DNA from: Takakia lepidozioides | Lineage: Eukaryota; Plantae; Bryophyta | DNA length: 64,000 nt | Assembly (NCBI GenBank): GCA_030704615.1 | Contig: CM060734.1 | Coordinates: 53,196,001-53,260,000, forward strand | Direction of reading: 5' to 3' | In this document: piece after piece, positions 37,315 through 50,859 of the stretch | Numbering within the stretch: the stretch's first letter is position 1 | How the letters are laid out: every line of letters starts with the position of its first letter | Program-made: the position numbers and the translations under genes | Notes under the pieces: model-generated | What the model was told of the DNA's origin: nothing | Database searches by the model: none | What the model saw: the letters and a program-made list of their open reading frames with translations, nothing else

Positions 37315-39698
37315 ATGGATGAGCAAGCTAGTTGTGCTTTGCAAGCATATGAAATCCCTGCATCTTCCAACATTTTACCACGTGATGACACTGAGGTTGA
37401 GCAAATTGGGCATGATCTTGCTATCGTGGATGAGGTTCTCGAAGATCCGCAAATCGAACTTGCACAACAGCAGCTCCTTGTTTTACAAGCACGGGGCAAA
37501 TTCTGGAAACCACACAATAGAGGCTCTATCTGTTGGTCATTCTTTGCGTTGAATGATGCAGATGAGGTGGACCATGTCAATCCTCAGATATTGCGTTGTA
37601 TTGTCTGTCGATCCCAGCCTATGACTTCCAATCAGCTTGTTGGTAAGCGTAGTGTGCTCCGGAAAGGTCTTGTGAAATACAACAAGTTGCATGGTATCAC
37701 TGCCATGCGCAAGCATGTTGACATTGCTCATCCGGAATTGTTTGCTACGAGGAAAGCGCATTTGGCTGCGAAGGCATCTGCGAAGCTCGAGCACAGCCGT
37801 CAAGCAAGTAAGAAACGAACTTTGCCTACAGGTTGTGCCATTACATCATACTTTGGGTCCACAAATCCTTACAAGCAAACAGATGAGCAGCAAGTGCAAT
37901 TTTGGAAGACCTTACATTTTACATTGCTAAAGGTTACAGGGCCCTCTCATCTGTTGAAAATTTGTGGCTTAGAAGATTGGTTTTGAGGCGATGTCCTCGT
38001 GTCATATTTCCTTCTCGGAGACAATTTGTGGACGAGGTTTTGCCATCAATGGTTGCTAAGATGATGGATCGTCATGTGTTGCCTTCCCTTGGAAGTTGTG
38101 TCTCTCCATCTGTCAGCTTCGATTTATGGATGAGCGGGGGTGGAGTCGACACTTTTGCCTTGGTAATCAATTTCATTAGTTCTGAGTGGGTTCATGTTCA
38201 TGTTACCGTGGGTCTATTTGAAGTGTCTAACACATCAGGGGTAGCGATGGCAGTTCAGTTGAAAACCTTACTCGACAGTTTTGATTTGACCATACGTATT
38301 ATTGCCTTTGTCAAGGATAAAGGAGGTAATTTGAGCACAATGGCTGCCACTCTCAGATCTATCGTATCATGCGATGTTTTGGAATCCCTTACAGTTTTTG
38401 AGGACATATGTGGGGCATATGCTTTGCACATGTGATGTCTAAAGCATGCCAATATGCAACAAATGAGGCCAAAGTTTGTGTAGATTTCAAGGAGGTTTCA
38501 GTTTCCGATGCTCAAGCGTCACTACAAAAAACAATCACATGGACTAAGAAAAGTGGAAAGGGCAAAATTGAGTGGAACAAGGCCCGTGTGGATTCAGGGT
38601 TACGGCCTCGGAAACTGAAAACTCCTGTCAAAACCAGATTTGCATCAAAGGTGATAATGTTTGAAGAAACCATGGAGTTCAAAGAGGCCATTGTCACTTG
38701 TTATGGTCGTCAAAGTCTGGCGCTCCAGGAAAGAGTTCCTAAGCCCCAAATCTGGGCTATTGCAGAGGTTATTACAAGTTCTTTGAAATCTGTCGTGACA
38801 GCTTGTGTGGCAAACCAATCTCGAGGTCATTGGTTACTTTCTAATGCACTCAATGCGTCCATATCCATCTCAGTAGTCATGCAAAGGGAGATGTTGGAGT
38901 TTGATGAGGAGACGCAACTGCCAAATGTTCGAATTGGAGCTTCTCCTACTGAAAAGCAGGATACGGCAAGAGGTGTTATATGTTCTCAAACCTTTCCTTG
39001 CATTTCTACAGCATTTTGATGCACGCAAGGCGCATAACATGTTTGCGCTTATGTTGGATCCTCGTTTCAAGGGGCTGAAACTTGTGTCAAATTATGTGGG
39101 CCATGACGCTGCTGTACAACTTGTTCAGGACTATAACCAGAAATGTCTATTGCCTTTGCTGATGGTTTGTTTTAAGCGGCTGAACCCAGCTACATGCGAG
39201 TCTGAAGTTGTTTCATCTCCTGAAACATATGAGGACAACAATATGTTTGGTGTGGGAGCATCAAACAAAGAAGCAAGTGCTACAGTAGTGAAGGCTGAAC
39301 TTTCATTATTTTGGCGATTCATTGTTCCTGTAACTGCAACAACCGATCCCTTGTTATGGTGGCGTGATCACGAGCAACAATTTCCCAACGTTGCATATCT
39401 TGCCAAACAAATCTTTTGCATCCCGGGGTCCCAAATTGAGACCGAACGAGTTTTTAGTCTTGCAAATGTCCTCACAGCACTCCGTCGTTGTTGTTTGCAG
39501 GTTGAGAATCTTGACAGGCTGGTTATGGTGATCGAAAATTGGCCAGATGACCCTCGATACGACTGTAAACCTAGAGGAGATCTGAAAGATTTCATGGTTG
39601 GAGAGGCAACCCTAGCCGAGGATAACTATGATGTCATAGAAGAAGCAGGTTTTTGCGAGGATTTGAGCATTTCATATCATGGCCACATGATTAGCTAG
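37315..39698 (+). pseudogene. hAT transposase, frameshifted (~37900, ~38410, ~38900)
   Basis: BED finger (CWSFF...RCIVC...MRKHVDIAH), SFDLW, VKDKGGN, CFAH, TRF, LDPRFK and the hATC dimerisation domain (PLLWWRDHEQQFPNVAYLAKQIFCIPGSQIETERVFS). Confidence 0.92.
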
Positions 39699-41089
39699 TT
39701 AGACTAGCCAATTGTACTTGGAACACCCCACATCTGCTTTTCTGGTGCGGATATGATAGAAGGAGGTATGTAGAAAGAGTTGGATTGGGCAGTTTGAAGG
39801 TGCCTAAACCAGGCTTTATGATATCATAAAGTCCACATGAACACTACATGTTGTTGGAATGGCATAAGTACTCTCTCTTTCTCTCTTCCCTTTCTTTCTT
39901 TCTCTCTCTCTCTCTCTTTGTTTCTTCTCCCTACCCTCAAGGTCTGTGACATCAATTGAGGTTTGAAAACTAGATGCTTTTGATGTCTCTACTTGTTCGT
40001 TTCATAAATTGTTTCTATGGCTACATTTCTACCCTAGCTATTGAGCAGGACTTTCTCATTAACATGCCAGATTATACTATTGTGCTGAGGGCACGTGGGT
40101 TTCTTCTAGTTATCTTAAACAAATGCAATTCCTGCACGACAGTTGCACTGTTCCAAGTTTGAATCTCTTGATGAATGGTTGTTTGTCGAGAGCTTGTTAG
40201 GGGAACCACATTTCTTCTTATTAATCTGCTTTCTTTTGTCCCATAAGCTCTTTGAGCTTCCTTGATGTTGTAGGTTTATTTCTTTTTCTGCTTTCTCATT
40301 TCCCGAGTCTATGGTCTCAAAGTTGCAACTTGCAGCAAATAGTCTCACAAGTACATTTTTATTTTCTATGTGGTTGGTGGAGCTTTGGCACTTGCATTGC
40401 TGTTTATTTCAACCAAGAGCTTATAGCACTGTCACAAAGTCCACATGACCAGGCCATGCTCTAATACTGAAGCTAAAGTCTTTACATGCCTATTGCCCAA
40501 ATTGTGGAGTTGCTCTGTTGTTGCAGGCTATACGTGGAGATGAGTGCAGCGTGGATCGGTTTTTGGCACAACATATTGCTGTTGGTTATAACTTCATGAT
40601 GGTGGTCATTGGCCACAAGGCTATGGCAAACACCGTCTTACGAGTACATTCTCTCTCCCTCTCCCCCTCTCTCTCTCTTTCTCTCTAGCAGTTGTGACAA
40701 ACATGTTATGAGTAAATTCTCTTCAGCAATTGTGGGCAAATGGCAACATCGGCAGTCTGAAATCAGCATTGTGTTTTGATGATGATGTTAGTTCACCTTG
40801 TATCCACAAGCCCTTCACCAGATTGTCATTGGAGCTATGGCAATTTTGGGGTGAGTCTCATGTACTAGGGTGGGCTGAAACAATGCTGCTTTTAGGTGGT
40901 AGGGAGTCCAACTGCCACCCAAAGGATTTTGAGGTCCAAAGGCAAGACCAAGCCAAGTCCCTGAACCTCGTATTTTGAAGGTGAAGCCCACCTCTCTCAT
41001 ATGCAAGAAAGACTAAATACAGGTTTTCACATGAGGTAGGATTGTCCCTGAAGGTAGGGCTATTTCTGATGGATATGATTGCAGATCAC

Positions 41090-41585
41090 TTCTCAGAATA
41101 TGTGGACATTCTCAATGCATGTGCCAGCCCAGCAGCACTCGAACAGGGCAAGCGGCTACACGCCGGCATAATCAGAGTTGGTTTTGAATCAGATGTCCAA
41201 GTGGGGACTGCACTTGTCTGTATGTATTGCAAATGCGGGTGTGTGGGGGATGTGCGTGTTGTATTTGACACGATGCCTAAATGAGATGTGGTCTCATGGA
41301 CTGGGATGATGGCATGATATTCTCACCAAGGGCACAGTGAAGAGGCTTTGGACCTCTTTCAACAAATGCAACTAGTAGAAGGCATGAAGCCAAACAACAT
41401 CACCTTCATCAGCGCCCTCAATACGTGTGCCAGCCCGACCATCCTAGAAATGGGCAAGCAGATTCATGCAAGCATCATCAAAGCTGGATTTGTGTCAGAT
41501 GTCCAAGTGGGGACTGCTCTTGTCAGCATGGATTGCAGATGGGAGTGTGGTGGATGCGCACCAAGTGGTCTTCAAAATGTCTGAA
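41090..41585 (+). pseudogene. PPR gene fragment carried inside the hAT element
   Basis: ILNACASPAALEQGKRLH...VGTALVCMYCKCG...DVVSWTGM...PNNITFISALNTCAS, with in-frame stops. Confidence 0.87.
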
Positions 41586-42363
41586 TGCCTTCCATACTTA
41601 TGTCGAATTTACCAAGCGGCCATGACCAGCCATGACCGTAGCAAGCCCTGGCTTTCATGACTACATTGCTATGTGCTATTTAACCCTTTTCCTTACAACT
41701 ATGGGGAAGATTAGAATCTTATAGCACTGATGTTGTATGGAAGGCAAAAAAGCCTAATGGATGTGGTTATGGTGTAAGTTGTTTGCTGAAAACTCAAGCT
41801 GTTTTCAGAAAAGTAAGATGCCATGACCAGCGACAATAATCCACAGTGTTTGAATCGTGCATTTACGTGAACATGATTGCTGTGATGGCACATAGAAGCA
41901 AGCACGGCAAATTTATTTCCATTTCTAGAGATATGAAATACAATGATTCTAGTAGGGTACTTCATTTGTGTAACTGACTGCGACTCTTCCTATCTCTTTC
42001 CTTTTTGTTTTTTTTTTTTTTCCTTTTTTTCCCCTGTCTTTTTGGTCCTCTTAAAATCTTAATATATAATAACTGAAAATCAGGTTATATTGATAACCGA
42101 TGTATGGGACCCAGTGCTATTCCACTTGGATAATGGCATATTGATAACCGGGAGATTTTTTTTTGGGGACCCTTCTATTGATAACCTCTAACCGCCACAA
42201 TTTCCGAACCCCTACATTATATATAACCGCCTCCATTCCGCTTTAAGCAAAGATGCCTTACCCGGACCCTTCAATATGCCCAAATTGTCATACCCGCCCA
42301 ACACTGGTTTAGACCAGTGTTGTGCGGGTATATTGATTTCAATATACCCTTAGGGTATAAGTA

Positions 42364-44558
42364 TTTTTTTATTTTTTCATTTTTTGGAAAATATGTTTAT
42401 TTTATAGCAGGAGTGGGGATACATTCGAGGAAAAAATAACCTCTCGAACGGGTGCCATAGAGGCTGACCCAGGAAGACTCTGCTTCGTCACCAATAACAA
42501 AAAAAAAAAAAGGGCCAACTGAAATTGGCCAAGGAGAGACCAAGCTAAACAACTTGGAATTAATTATCCTAGTAGCTATCACGCTTCCTTTTGTATGTCT
42601 GAAAGGAGAGCTGCGTCCTAGATCGAGTTTTTCTAAGAGAGCGGCGGTGGTGTCTCCAGTTCACTTCAGATTCCTCGCCATCTGCCGGAGAAGGAGGAGC
42701 ACTAAACGAGCTCCCAGCTGGAAGGGATGGAGTCGTTCCAACAAATTCCCGAGGGTGAGTCTCTAGAGCAGAGGGAGCCAGAGGGCTTAACCTGGAACTT
42801 CCATCCATTCAGCAAGGCGTCAGATCTAGCCATGGCAAAGAAGGCAATTTTGCCTTCAGCTATGTCAAAGCCAACCCAGGCAGGCAACATTCTAAGATTT
42901 GCAGGATAGGAGGCAAGGGAAATCCAAAGAGATGGAAAATTGCTAGTGTCCAGGTCCCAGCCTGCATACGCTCTTCTGCTAGATAAGTTGGTTGTAGCTT
43001 CAATCATGGGTAACAAGGCACCATTTTCCCAAACGTGGGAGAAATGGCTGATGTTGACAGCCTCCCAAGGAGCCCAACGATTAGAGCATCTTACTAGAGC
43101 AGCAGCCTCTCTATTTGTGTTGCCGAAAAGAACTTGTCTGGACATCTCTTCGGGGGTGGAAGGGCCCAATTGGCGGAGGTGGGGGCGCAGCCTGATCCAG
43201 GCTGCCCAAATAGTTCTCCACGCCAACGATCCCACCCCTGGCTTAGCGTTTAAAGAACCGCCATGAATCACCCACTTTAGAGATTGAGGGACAAGTTCGA
43301 GGAGGAGGGGGTGGCACGTAGAATATGTTGCCTGACCAGGATGCTGGCCACTGTTTTTCTTTTTCTGCGAGATCTGGTCCCAGCTAACTAAAGCCCTACG
43401 GTTTGGCCTTGAAGGTGTGGCTCCCCAAATGAAATTGCGGATTAAAGCTTTAACCTTCTTGATAAAGACAACTCCAGGGGACCATACGGAGGATATGAAC
43501 CAACAAGAACCCAGCAAAATCTGATTGGCAATTAAGGCTCGACCAATGATGGTGAGATGCAAGGAGCTCCAGTAGGCCAGATGCTTCTTAAGGCGCGCCA
43601 AGATGGAGTCACATTTGTGGGAGTCATCTAGGCCATGTCCAATGAGGTGACCCAAAAGAACGTGGCACTCCCCATCATCCAGCCAACGGAGGTTGATATC
43701 CTGACCCCACTGTTGACAGTGAGAAGAGGAGCTGCCAGTCCTAAGCTTCGAGAGCAGACCAACCGATTTCCTCCAATTCACACCAAGACTTGATGCTTCG
43801 CAGAAAATGGATAAGCAATCCAAGGCACGGGAAACATTAGCCCTGGAGCTGTTGTTGACCAGGAGAACAGTATCATCGGCGTACATGGAGGATTTTATGC
43901 TGTAGGAGGGAGATGGGGGGCAGGGCACCTTGAGGCCTATGACGTCCTCACGACTATGCAGTAGATGTCCAAGCCCGTCTGCTGCTATGAGGAAAATAAA
44001 AGGCGATAAGAGACATCCCTGCCTGACGGAGCGGAAGAGCCGAAAAGGCTCAGATAAGACTCCATTGAGCATCACCTTACTACTGGCAGATAACAGGAGG
44101 ATCTTGATCCAGTTAAGAAAATCCCCTGAAATTCTGCATTTTTCAATAGCAGAGAAAAGGAAGTCCCAGGCTATATTGTCGAATGCCTTCTCAAAGTCGA
44201 GCATCAATAAGGCCAAGGGTTGATCCGAGTCATGCGCATGATGGAGGGCTTCGTTAAGCAAGAGAACATTGTTAAGGATCATCTTTTTCATAAATCCAGT
44301 TTGTTCCGGCCTAATCATCTTTTGAAGCAGGGGCTGAAGGCGAATCGCCAAGGCCTTGGTGATTATCTTGTAAACAGAATTCAATAGAGTTATAGGCCTG
44401 TAGTTCCTAATATCGTCTCTGCTACCCTTCTTGAAGATGAGGGTGATGACACCCAGTGAAAACTGGGATGGCATAATGCCCTTCGAGAGGACGTCTTGAG
44501 CCATGGCCAGAAAATCCCCGCCCATCTCAGGCCACATAGCCTTGAAGAATTCCACCGG
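42364..44558 (-). mobile_element. 5'-truncated L1/Tx1-like LINE nested in the hAT copy
   Basis: 617-aa ORF 44555-42702 with NYRPITLLNSVYK, LDFEKAFD, RQGC.LSP and YADD; A-rich tail at ~42364-42385 (T-run on the + strand). Confidence 0.92.
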
Positions 44559-44763
44559 GTTTTTGTCAAATCATTTACCCTCCGGGTATGGATAAATTGA
44601 AATATCATAAAATTATTTACCCTCCGGGTATGGGTAAATTAACTTTTCAGATTTCTATATAACCCCGGTCATGGATATATATGCCAAAATATACCCTGAG
44701 GGTATGAATAGTTATTTCCATTAATATATAATTGAATGGTTTCAAAGAATATATGATGTTCTT

Positions 44764-44768
44764 TTTTT

Positions 44769-44802
<34 letters not shown>

Positions 44803-44834
44803 CAAAAAGGAAACCTGGGAGCGACTGCTCGCAA
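44764..44834 (-). mobile_element. Very short poly(A)-tailed retroposed insertion with a 9-bp TSD
   Basis: gatgttctt is duplicated at 44755-44763 and 44835-44843 around a T-run plus ~32 unique nt. The insert is absent from the 35624-36720 copy. Confidence 0.85.
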
Positions 44835-46947
44835 GATGTTCTTCAATATGTACAAAACACCCGGGAAAAAAATAAATAAATAAATAATAAATAAAATCTA
44901 TGGTAAAAGAGAAAATTGATAAGATATTGCATAATATTTTGGTGTTAATTTCCAATGCAAGATGGAGGAGGTTTGAGATTAAAAAAAAAACACATCGGGT
45001 GGTAGCTCAGCTGGTAAGTGCACAGTATGTGTCACTCAGGTGGTTCGGGGTTCGAACCCGCTGCCGTGTCCCGTGTGTGGGATTGTTCATGTGACGGTAT
45101 GTTTGGGCATTGATCGTCCTGTATGTCAAGTTATTTCACCACTAGTGTGAAACTAGCCAGGAAATAGCTAGCTTTTACATATTGACATTTGGGATTGGCC
45201 CAATTGTCAATCCAGGGGTCAAGGCATATTTAGGCCTTGGAATGGTTATCTTCACGGCAAGTGCGGGAGGCTCATCTTTCTCGAGTTGAGCCTCACCGCG
45301 CCTAGCTATGGTACCGTAGTGTGGATTCCCCATGGCGTGGGGTGCACTTGGCTTGACTTGTATTTGAGTGATGAGGTTATATATGCATGAGTTTATGCTT
45401 CAGCTTTGTGAGCTCGTGCTTGTATTCTTCACACTCGAGAAAGATGAGCTCGTATCTGTGAGTGCCAGATACGAGTTAGTTGTAGCATTTGTGGTTTTTG
45501 CTTGAGAATGAAAGAAACCAGGTTGTTATGCAAGGAGCACCGTGGAGCTCTTGGTTGTTAGAAGCGGAGGCGATGTGGGTTACGAGGTAGTAGACCTTGG
45601 CATTCAATCTTCAGCTTCAGAGATGAGAGCACCATGCTGCAGGTAATTCCAGAGCACCTTGATGGTTTCAGATTGTGTACATGCATGAGCAAGCACGATT
45701 GGGAAGAGGACCAGTCAAGAGCAGGTTAGAGTGGCTTTGGTGGCAAAGCTGAGAACTGGACTTGGGAATGCGAGCTTTCATTGTGTGAAGGATTGCAAGA
45801 CCAAGCAAAAGGGCTGATTTGGCTTGGGGCAAATCAATGCACTTTGTGGAGTATGTTGAGATTGGGTTTCAATCTCGAGCTTCAGCATTGAGAGGGCTCT
45901 TGTCATGGCAAGAGCAGGGCTGAAACAGGAACTAAGAGGTGCGGCAAGGCCTTGGAATCTGCACCTAGGGTTTCAGAGCTTGGAAGAAGAGCTCTTGCAC
46001 AACAAGAGGAGTGTCTTGTGGCTGTAAATACAAGCCTTAGGGTTTCAGGAGCTTGGCAAGGGCTGTGGAGTGCTTAGTCTTGTCTTAGAGAGCATCAGGG
46101 AGCCAAAGAGCCAAGATAGGGGGCTGATATTACCTCTTGTGTGAAGAAGATGCATGCAGCCTATTGAAGCTTCCATCTTCAAGCTTGGAGGGCAAGCAAG
46201 GAAGAGGGAATGGCTGACTTCTCTTATGTGAGGCCAACGGATGTGTGGAGCATGCTTTCAGCCCGTTGAAGGCTTGTACTTTCAGGTTTGGGAGTGCAAG
46301 AAAGGAAGGAAGGGGCTGTTTTCCCTGTAGGGCATGTGTGGAGCATGCTTCCAGCCCGCTGAAGCTTGTATTTCCAGGTTGGTGGGTGCAAGAAAGGAAG
46401 CAAAGGGGCTGATTCTCTTGTGGTGAGAGTGGGGCATGTGTGGAGCATGCCTTCAGTCCATTGGGCTTTTGTTTTCAAGCTTTAGAGAGCTAGAATGGAA
46501 GGGCTAGGGCTGGTTCCCACTTGGGTGAAAGAAAAGCACTTGTAGGGCATATGTGAGGTGGGGTTTCAACCTCAAGCCTAGATAGAGCATGGCTCTTGAA
46601 GTGGCAGGTGTAGGGGGCTGGAATAGGTTCTAAGACATATGCTATTGCCAAGGAAAACGCTTGAATGAGTGAAACCAGCAAGGCTTGGTTGTTTGCCATT
46701 GAGTTTAGTGACGTGTTTGGGGAGTCTAAGTGAGAAAGAAGGCTTGGTTTGTGGCAACCATCTTCCTCATGGCTTAGGGCTACTATTAGTGGTGTGTAAG
46801 AGCCGAAAGAGCAAGAATACCTTGTTGATTTCTTCACAGCCGCCATAGCTCGGTGCAAAGAAGCCTAGAGTCCAAGAGACACAAACCCTAGCTTGGCGTG
46901 GCTAAACCCTTGGAGAAATGGCTAAACTGCCATGAGCGGCCATGGAT

Positions 46948-47290
46948 GGGGCTGTGACGGGCTGTGGCCTTTGAGGCTGTGACCCCTGTGACCTGTGTAG
47001 GGTTGTGACAGGCTGTGATCTGTGGCCTGTGGGGCTATGAGGGGCTGTGACAGGCTGTGGCCTTCGGGGCTGTGACCCCTGTGACCTTTGTAGGGCTGTG
47101 ACAAGCTGTGCTTGTGGCCTTCGGGGTTGTGATGGGCTGTGACAGGCTGTGACCTGTGGCCTTGGGGGCTGTGACATGTAGCCTCTGGGGCTGTGACGGG
47201 CTGTGACAGGCTGTGGCCTGTGTGGGCCTGTGCTGGTCTGTGGTGGCCCGTGTTGACCTGTGGACGGCCTGTGCTGACTCGTGGAGGCAC
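46948..47290. repeat. Degenerate gggctgtgac/ctgtggcc short tandem array in the element's 5' leader
   Basis: Many gggctgtgac(a/c/g) units. A separate ~3x catgtgtggagcatgc repeat lies at 46240-46460. Confidence 0.8.
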
Positions 47291-47849
47291 TGGTGGAGTG
47301 CCTAAGGACTGGTATGTGGTCTTGAAGGCCGAATTTTGAAGCTCGTGGAGAGCGGTTTGAGGAGTATCTTCATGATATTCCCATGGTCATGCAAGTGAGG
47401 GAAGAGATGAGGAAAAGAGTGTTGGGATGAGGGCATGTTGGGGTTAGGCATTGCTTTAGCTTCTTTTCCTCGTAGTTTTCCACCCTCTCATTAGGCCAAG
47501 ACCTTTCCGTAGGTGGAGGCAAGAATCAGTCCGGGTTTGGGCTGGGGTGTCCTTGCAGAAGCAACACCATGGAGTTGTTTTTGGTGTGGGGGAGTTGTCG
47601 TTCTGATTTCTTGTGTTTGGATCCCCTCCATACCTTCATGCTTGACTTTGCACCATGTTAGTTTTGTGTGGGCGCTTGTTTTTATAGGTGATTGGTCCGG
47701 ATTTGATCACCGGCCAGTCCTAGAGCATGCTGTCGATGGTGAGGCTGGGGTGATGACCAGTCAGACCATCATTGTTTCTCCTGTGAGGTTGGAGGTGATG
47801 ACTAGCCAACCATAGGAGTGCTTGCGGTGGATGCAGGTACAGGTGTAGG

Positions 47850-49950
47850 CTATGTTAGGAACCTAGTATTCCAAACCATAAGCCGCAACAAGTTCTCTAC
47901 CCGGTTACCTTGTGGAGAGGGGGTTAGGGACATGTTCATGACCGGTTGAGTGACAGTTTGTCAACACGGAGGTGCCACTAGTTGCTGGGGACATTGCTGG
48001 TTTAAGCACTAACGATACTAGTGGGTACACGAGACAAGGTGTGCGGTTTAGGCCACCTTCATCTCCTGTGTCTTCTACGGAAGGTTCTGATTCGGATTGT
48101 GAATCAGGAGGACTCACACTGGCGGTGCAAGTTGTTTCATTGCCATTGTTGTGGGACACAATGGAGGAGATGTATGGAGCTACCAAGGGGCCACGAAGGT
48201 ACTCTGGGGCGGTGGGCACCATCGAGTTGGATGATTTTATCCAAGAGTTTGATAGTTGGTGTGATTTGCAGCAAATGCACAATCCATAATTATTTACGCC
48301 TTTCATGGCATGGAAGGGGCTGTTTCAGCACCTTGAGGGGCCGCCTATAGATGATTACCATGAGTTCAAGCGGGGGCATGAGGTTGAGATTGAGGAGTGG
48401 AGGATGTACTGGTCACCCGACTATGTCTCCATCACTAGGGGCACTAGAGTCACGAGGGCAGTGGCTACACCTGCCGCTGCACCGGCAGCTTCAACAAGCA
48501 GCAGTGGGACTAGTAGGACAGGTGGTACCGTAGCTACGACGTCCACCCAAGCCACTACCGCACCAGCACCAGTACTCGTGCCTGCCTTCAACCCTGTTGT
48601 GGAGTTCTTCAAAGAGTTGAGAGGGAACTACCAAGGGGTGATGACAGAGAAGTTGCGGACCTTGCAAGAGTTCCAACGGAAGCCGACTGAGAGCTTGAGG
48701 GAGGCTTTCACTCGCATGAGGCGCTTGATAAATGTAACTCAAGGGGTTACGGAAGCTTAGGCAAACCAATTTTGGTATGGGATATTGGACAAGGAGCTGA
48801 GGAGAAGGGTGCGGGATGCAACTCTCTTAGAAACGGCCCAACCCACCTTAGCAAATGTGTTTTTGCTGGCAGAGTGGATAGAGTTCAACATGGTGGAGGA
48901 ACAAGTGGTCATGGTGGGATTTGCTAAGGAGACACCACGGGGTAGTGGTGCTCCTAGCCAACCACTACCACAACGTGCTCAAGGCAACAAGGGGGCTCAG
49001 GTGAAGCCTAGGGAAGGGCATAGAGGACCTCAGATACAGGGGTCTCTCCCTTCATTTGCTGGCCAACAACGGGCGGATGTGGTGTGCTGGACATGTGGAG
49101 GACCCCATGTCAAGAAGGATTGCCCAGAGGGAGGCAATGGTTTGGCACCAGCACAGCCTGCACAGTTGCAGTGTGGGTATTGTGGCAAGTACGGGCATGG
49201 AGAAGCCTAGTGCTATGGTTTGCATCCTGAGTTGCGTCCAGGCCAGTTCCAAGGGAACAATGGTGGCCGGGGGCGAGGTGGAGCAGCCTAGAGAAGACGA
49301 GGTGGCCAGGCACGAGGTGCAGGCCAAAGGCAAGCTCAACATGGAGGACACGGAGGTCAGGGTGTTGACCAAGGCATGGCCAACCGGCTTCAGCAGCTAG
49401 AGCAGAGGCTCGCTGCCATGGCTACAGCTCATGTGGTACCGGCTCCAAGGTCGGATGGTCCACCTCCTGCTCCTGAGGGAGTAGATATGGGAGGCATGGG
49501 ATTCATGTGCGGAGCAGCACTACCACTAGTGCAGGTGGAGTCTGCTGCAGCCATGACCCGAGGAGCAGCACGAGTTCCTGAGCCACGAGGTGCAGAGGTG
49601 GAGTTGGATTCACGGCGTGGGGAGGCAAGCCGTCAGGCTAGGCTTCCTCAGTCATTCACGTTGGCGGAGACAGTGTCGACGCCATCCATGGCACCTAGTT
49701 CTTGCCCGACTGTTACCGAGGCGGAGGTTACTATGCCATTGGGGAGAGCTACACGGGCAACATCACTACCTAGTGTTGTCAAGACTACGACAGCTAATGT
49801 GATGTTGGGAGCGGCCACATCTATGTGCCAGGCTCCATTATTCTCGGCTACCATGATTGCGACGTCGGGGGTAAGACCAGCTGAGGTGTTCAGGCTGGCA
49901 GCTACACTCTGTGAGAGTGGGGAGGTTACTTCATCTTTCTGCGGAGATAA
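47850..49950 (+). pseudogene. Gag-like region with two CCHC-type zinc knuckles
   Basis: YSGAVGTIELDDFIQEFDSW, FQRKPTESLREAFTRM, CWTCGGPHVKKDC and CGYCGKYGHGEA*C, interrupted by stop codons. The start is uncertain. Confidence 0.8.
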
Positions 49951-50099
49951 TAGGAGGTGTAGTGCCGGAGGGATCCGCGGATTTGAGGGTCAAGACTGCC
50001 ATGGCGGCGCCATGGCAAGCTGCATCTGCCAGGTTGATGGAGCTGCCAGCTAGGCCAGCCATTGAGCGCGCCATTGTGACACCTGGAGTTGTCTTGTTA

Positions 50100-50520
50100 G
50101 ACAACCAGGATGACATTTTCTATTTGAGTGGACCGGCAAGCAAGAGGTACCGGCCACTGCGGGTCTTGTTGGACTCGGGAGCTCAGCCATTGATGCTGGG
50201 CAGAGCTGCTATTGCATGCTTGGGCCTCACGGAGGCGGATATGGAGCCTTGTCCTTTCCAGATACAGACGTCTCTAGGAGGATTGGAGCAGGCTCGAGGC
50301 ATGACATGGCGTGAGTTGGCTATCAGACTACGACTGGATCACCCTACAGATGGCTCAGTGATGCGAGCCAAGGCCATTGTGATAGACGTGGTCTCATACG
50401 ATGTCCTGGTTGGTGGGGCAGTGTTGTACCCCATGGGCTTCACCCTGGATTTTTGGGAGGAGTCAGCTTCCTATAGGCCTGGATGGCAATCAGGGGAGGG
50501 CCGACGTGTGCAACTCCGTG
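50100..50520 (+). pseudogene. Retropepsin-like aspartic protease
   Basis: RVLLDSGAQPLM...YDVLVGGAVL. Confidence 0.85.
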
Positions 50521-50859
50521 TGACATTCATACGAGGAGTTGCGGTTGCCCAACGAGACAAGATGCTGACACTAGCAGCATTCACAACTGCACTGAGTTGG
50601 CCTGGAGAGTTGCTTGAGGGCAACACTTATTCAGAGGATGTGTCACCTCCGGGAGAGCAGGATGACATGCATGGTATGGCGGAGTTGCCTGCCATGATTG
50701 CTCAGACTCCATTGTGGGGCACGAGCAAGGATTTGTAGCAGGTTGCTGATTGATGGGTGCAACAAGCCTGGGTAGAGGCTTTTGTACCATCAGGAGAGGA
50801 GGAGAGTACGGGGATTACACCAAGACCACCTCAGTTGTCTCCATTGGACACCACACCTA

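Larger units (their letters stand above)
36917..42306 (+). mobile_element. Formerly autonomous hAT transposon (5390 bp) with an 8-bp TSD
   Basis: Termini CAGTGTTGG...CCAACACTG, flanked by gtttagac at 36909-36916 and 42307-42314. Confidence 0.95.

Noticed and set aside
44997-45066. Functional tRNA gene (also ~36033-36105)
   Set aside because: A and B boxes are present, but the acceptor and anticodon stems do not pair convincingly, and both copies sit inside a hAT element.
45060-45124. Pol III-targeted integration of the MTase element (~60 bp downstream of a B box)
   Set aside because: This is a single case, and the second copy at 59458 has no adjacent A/B box.
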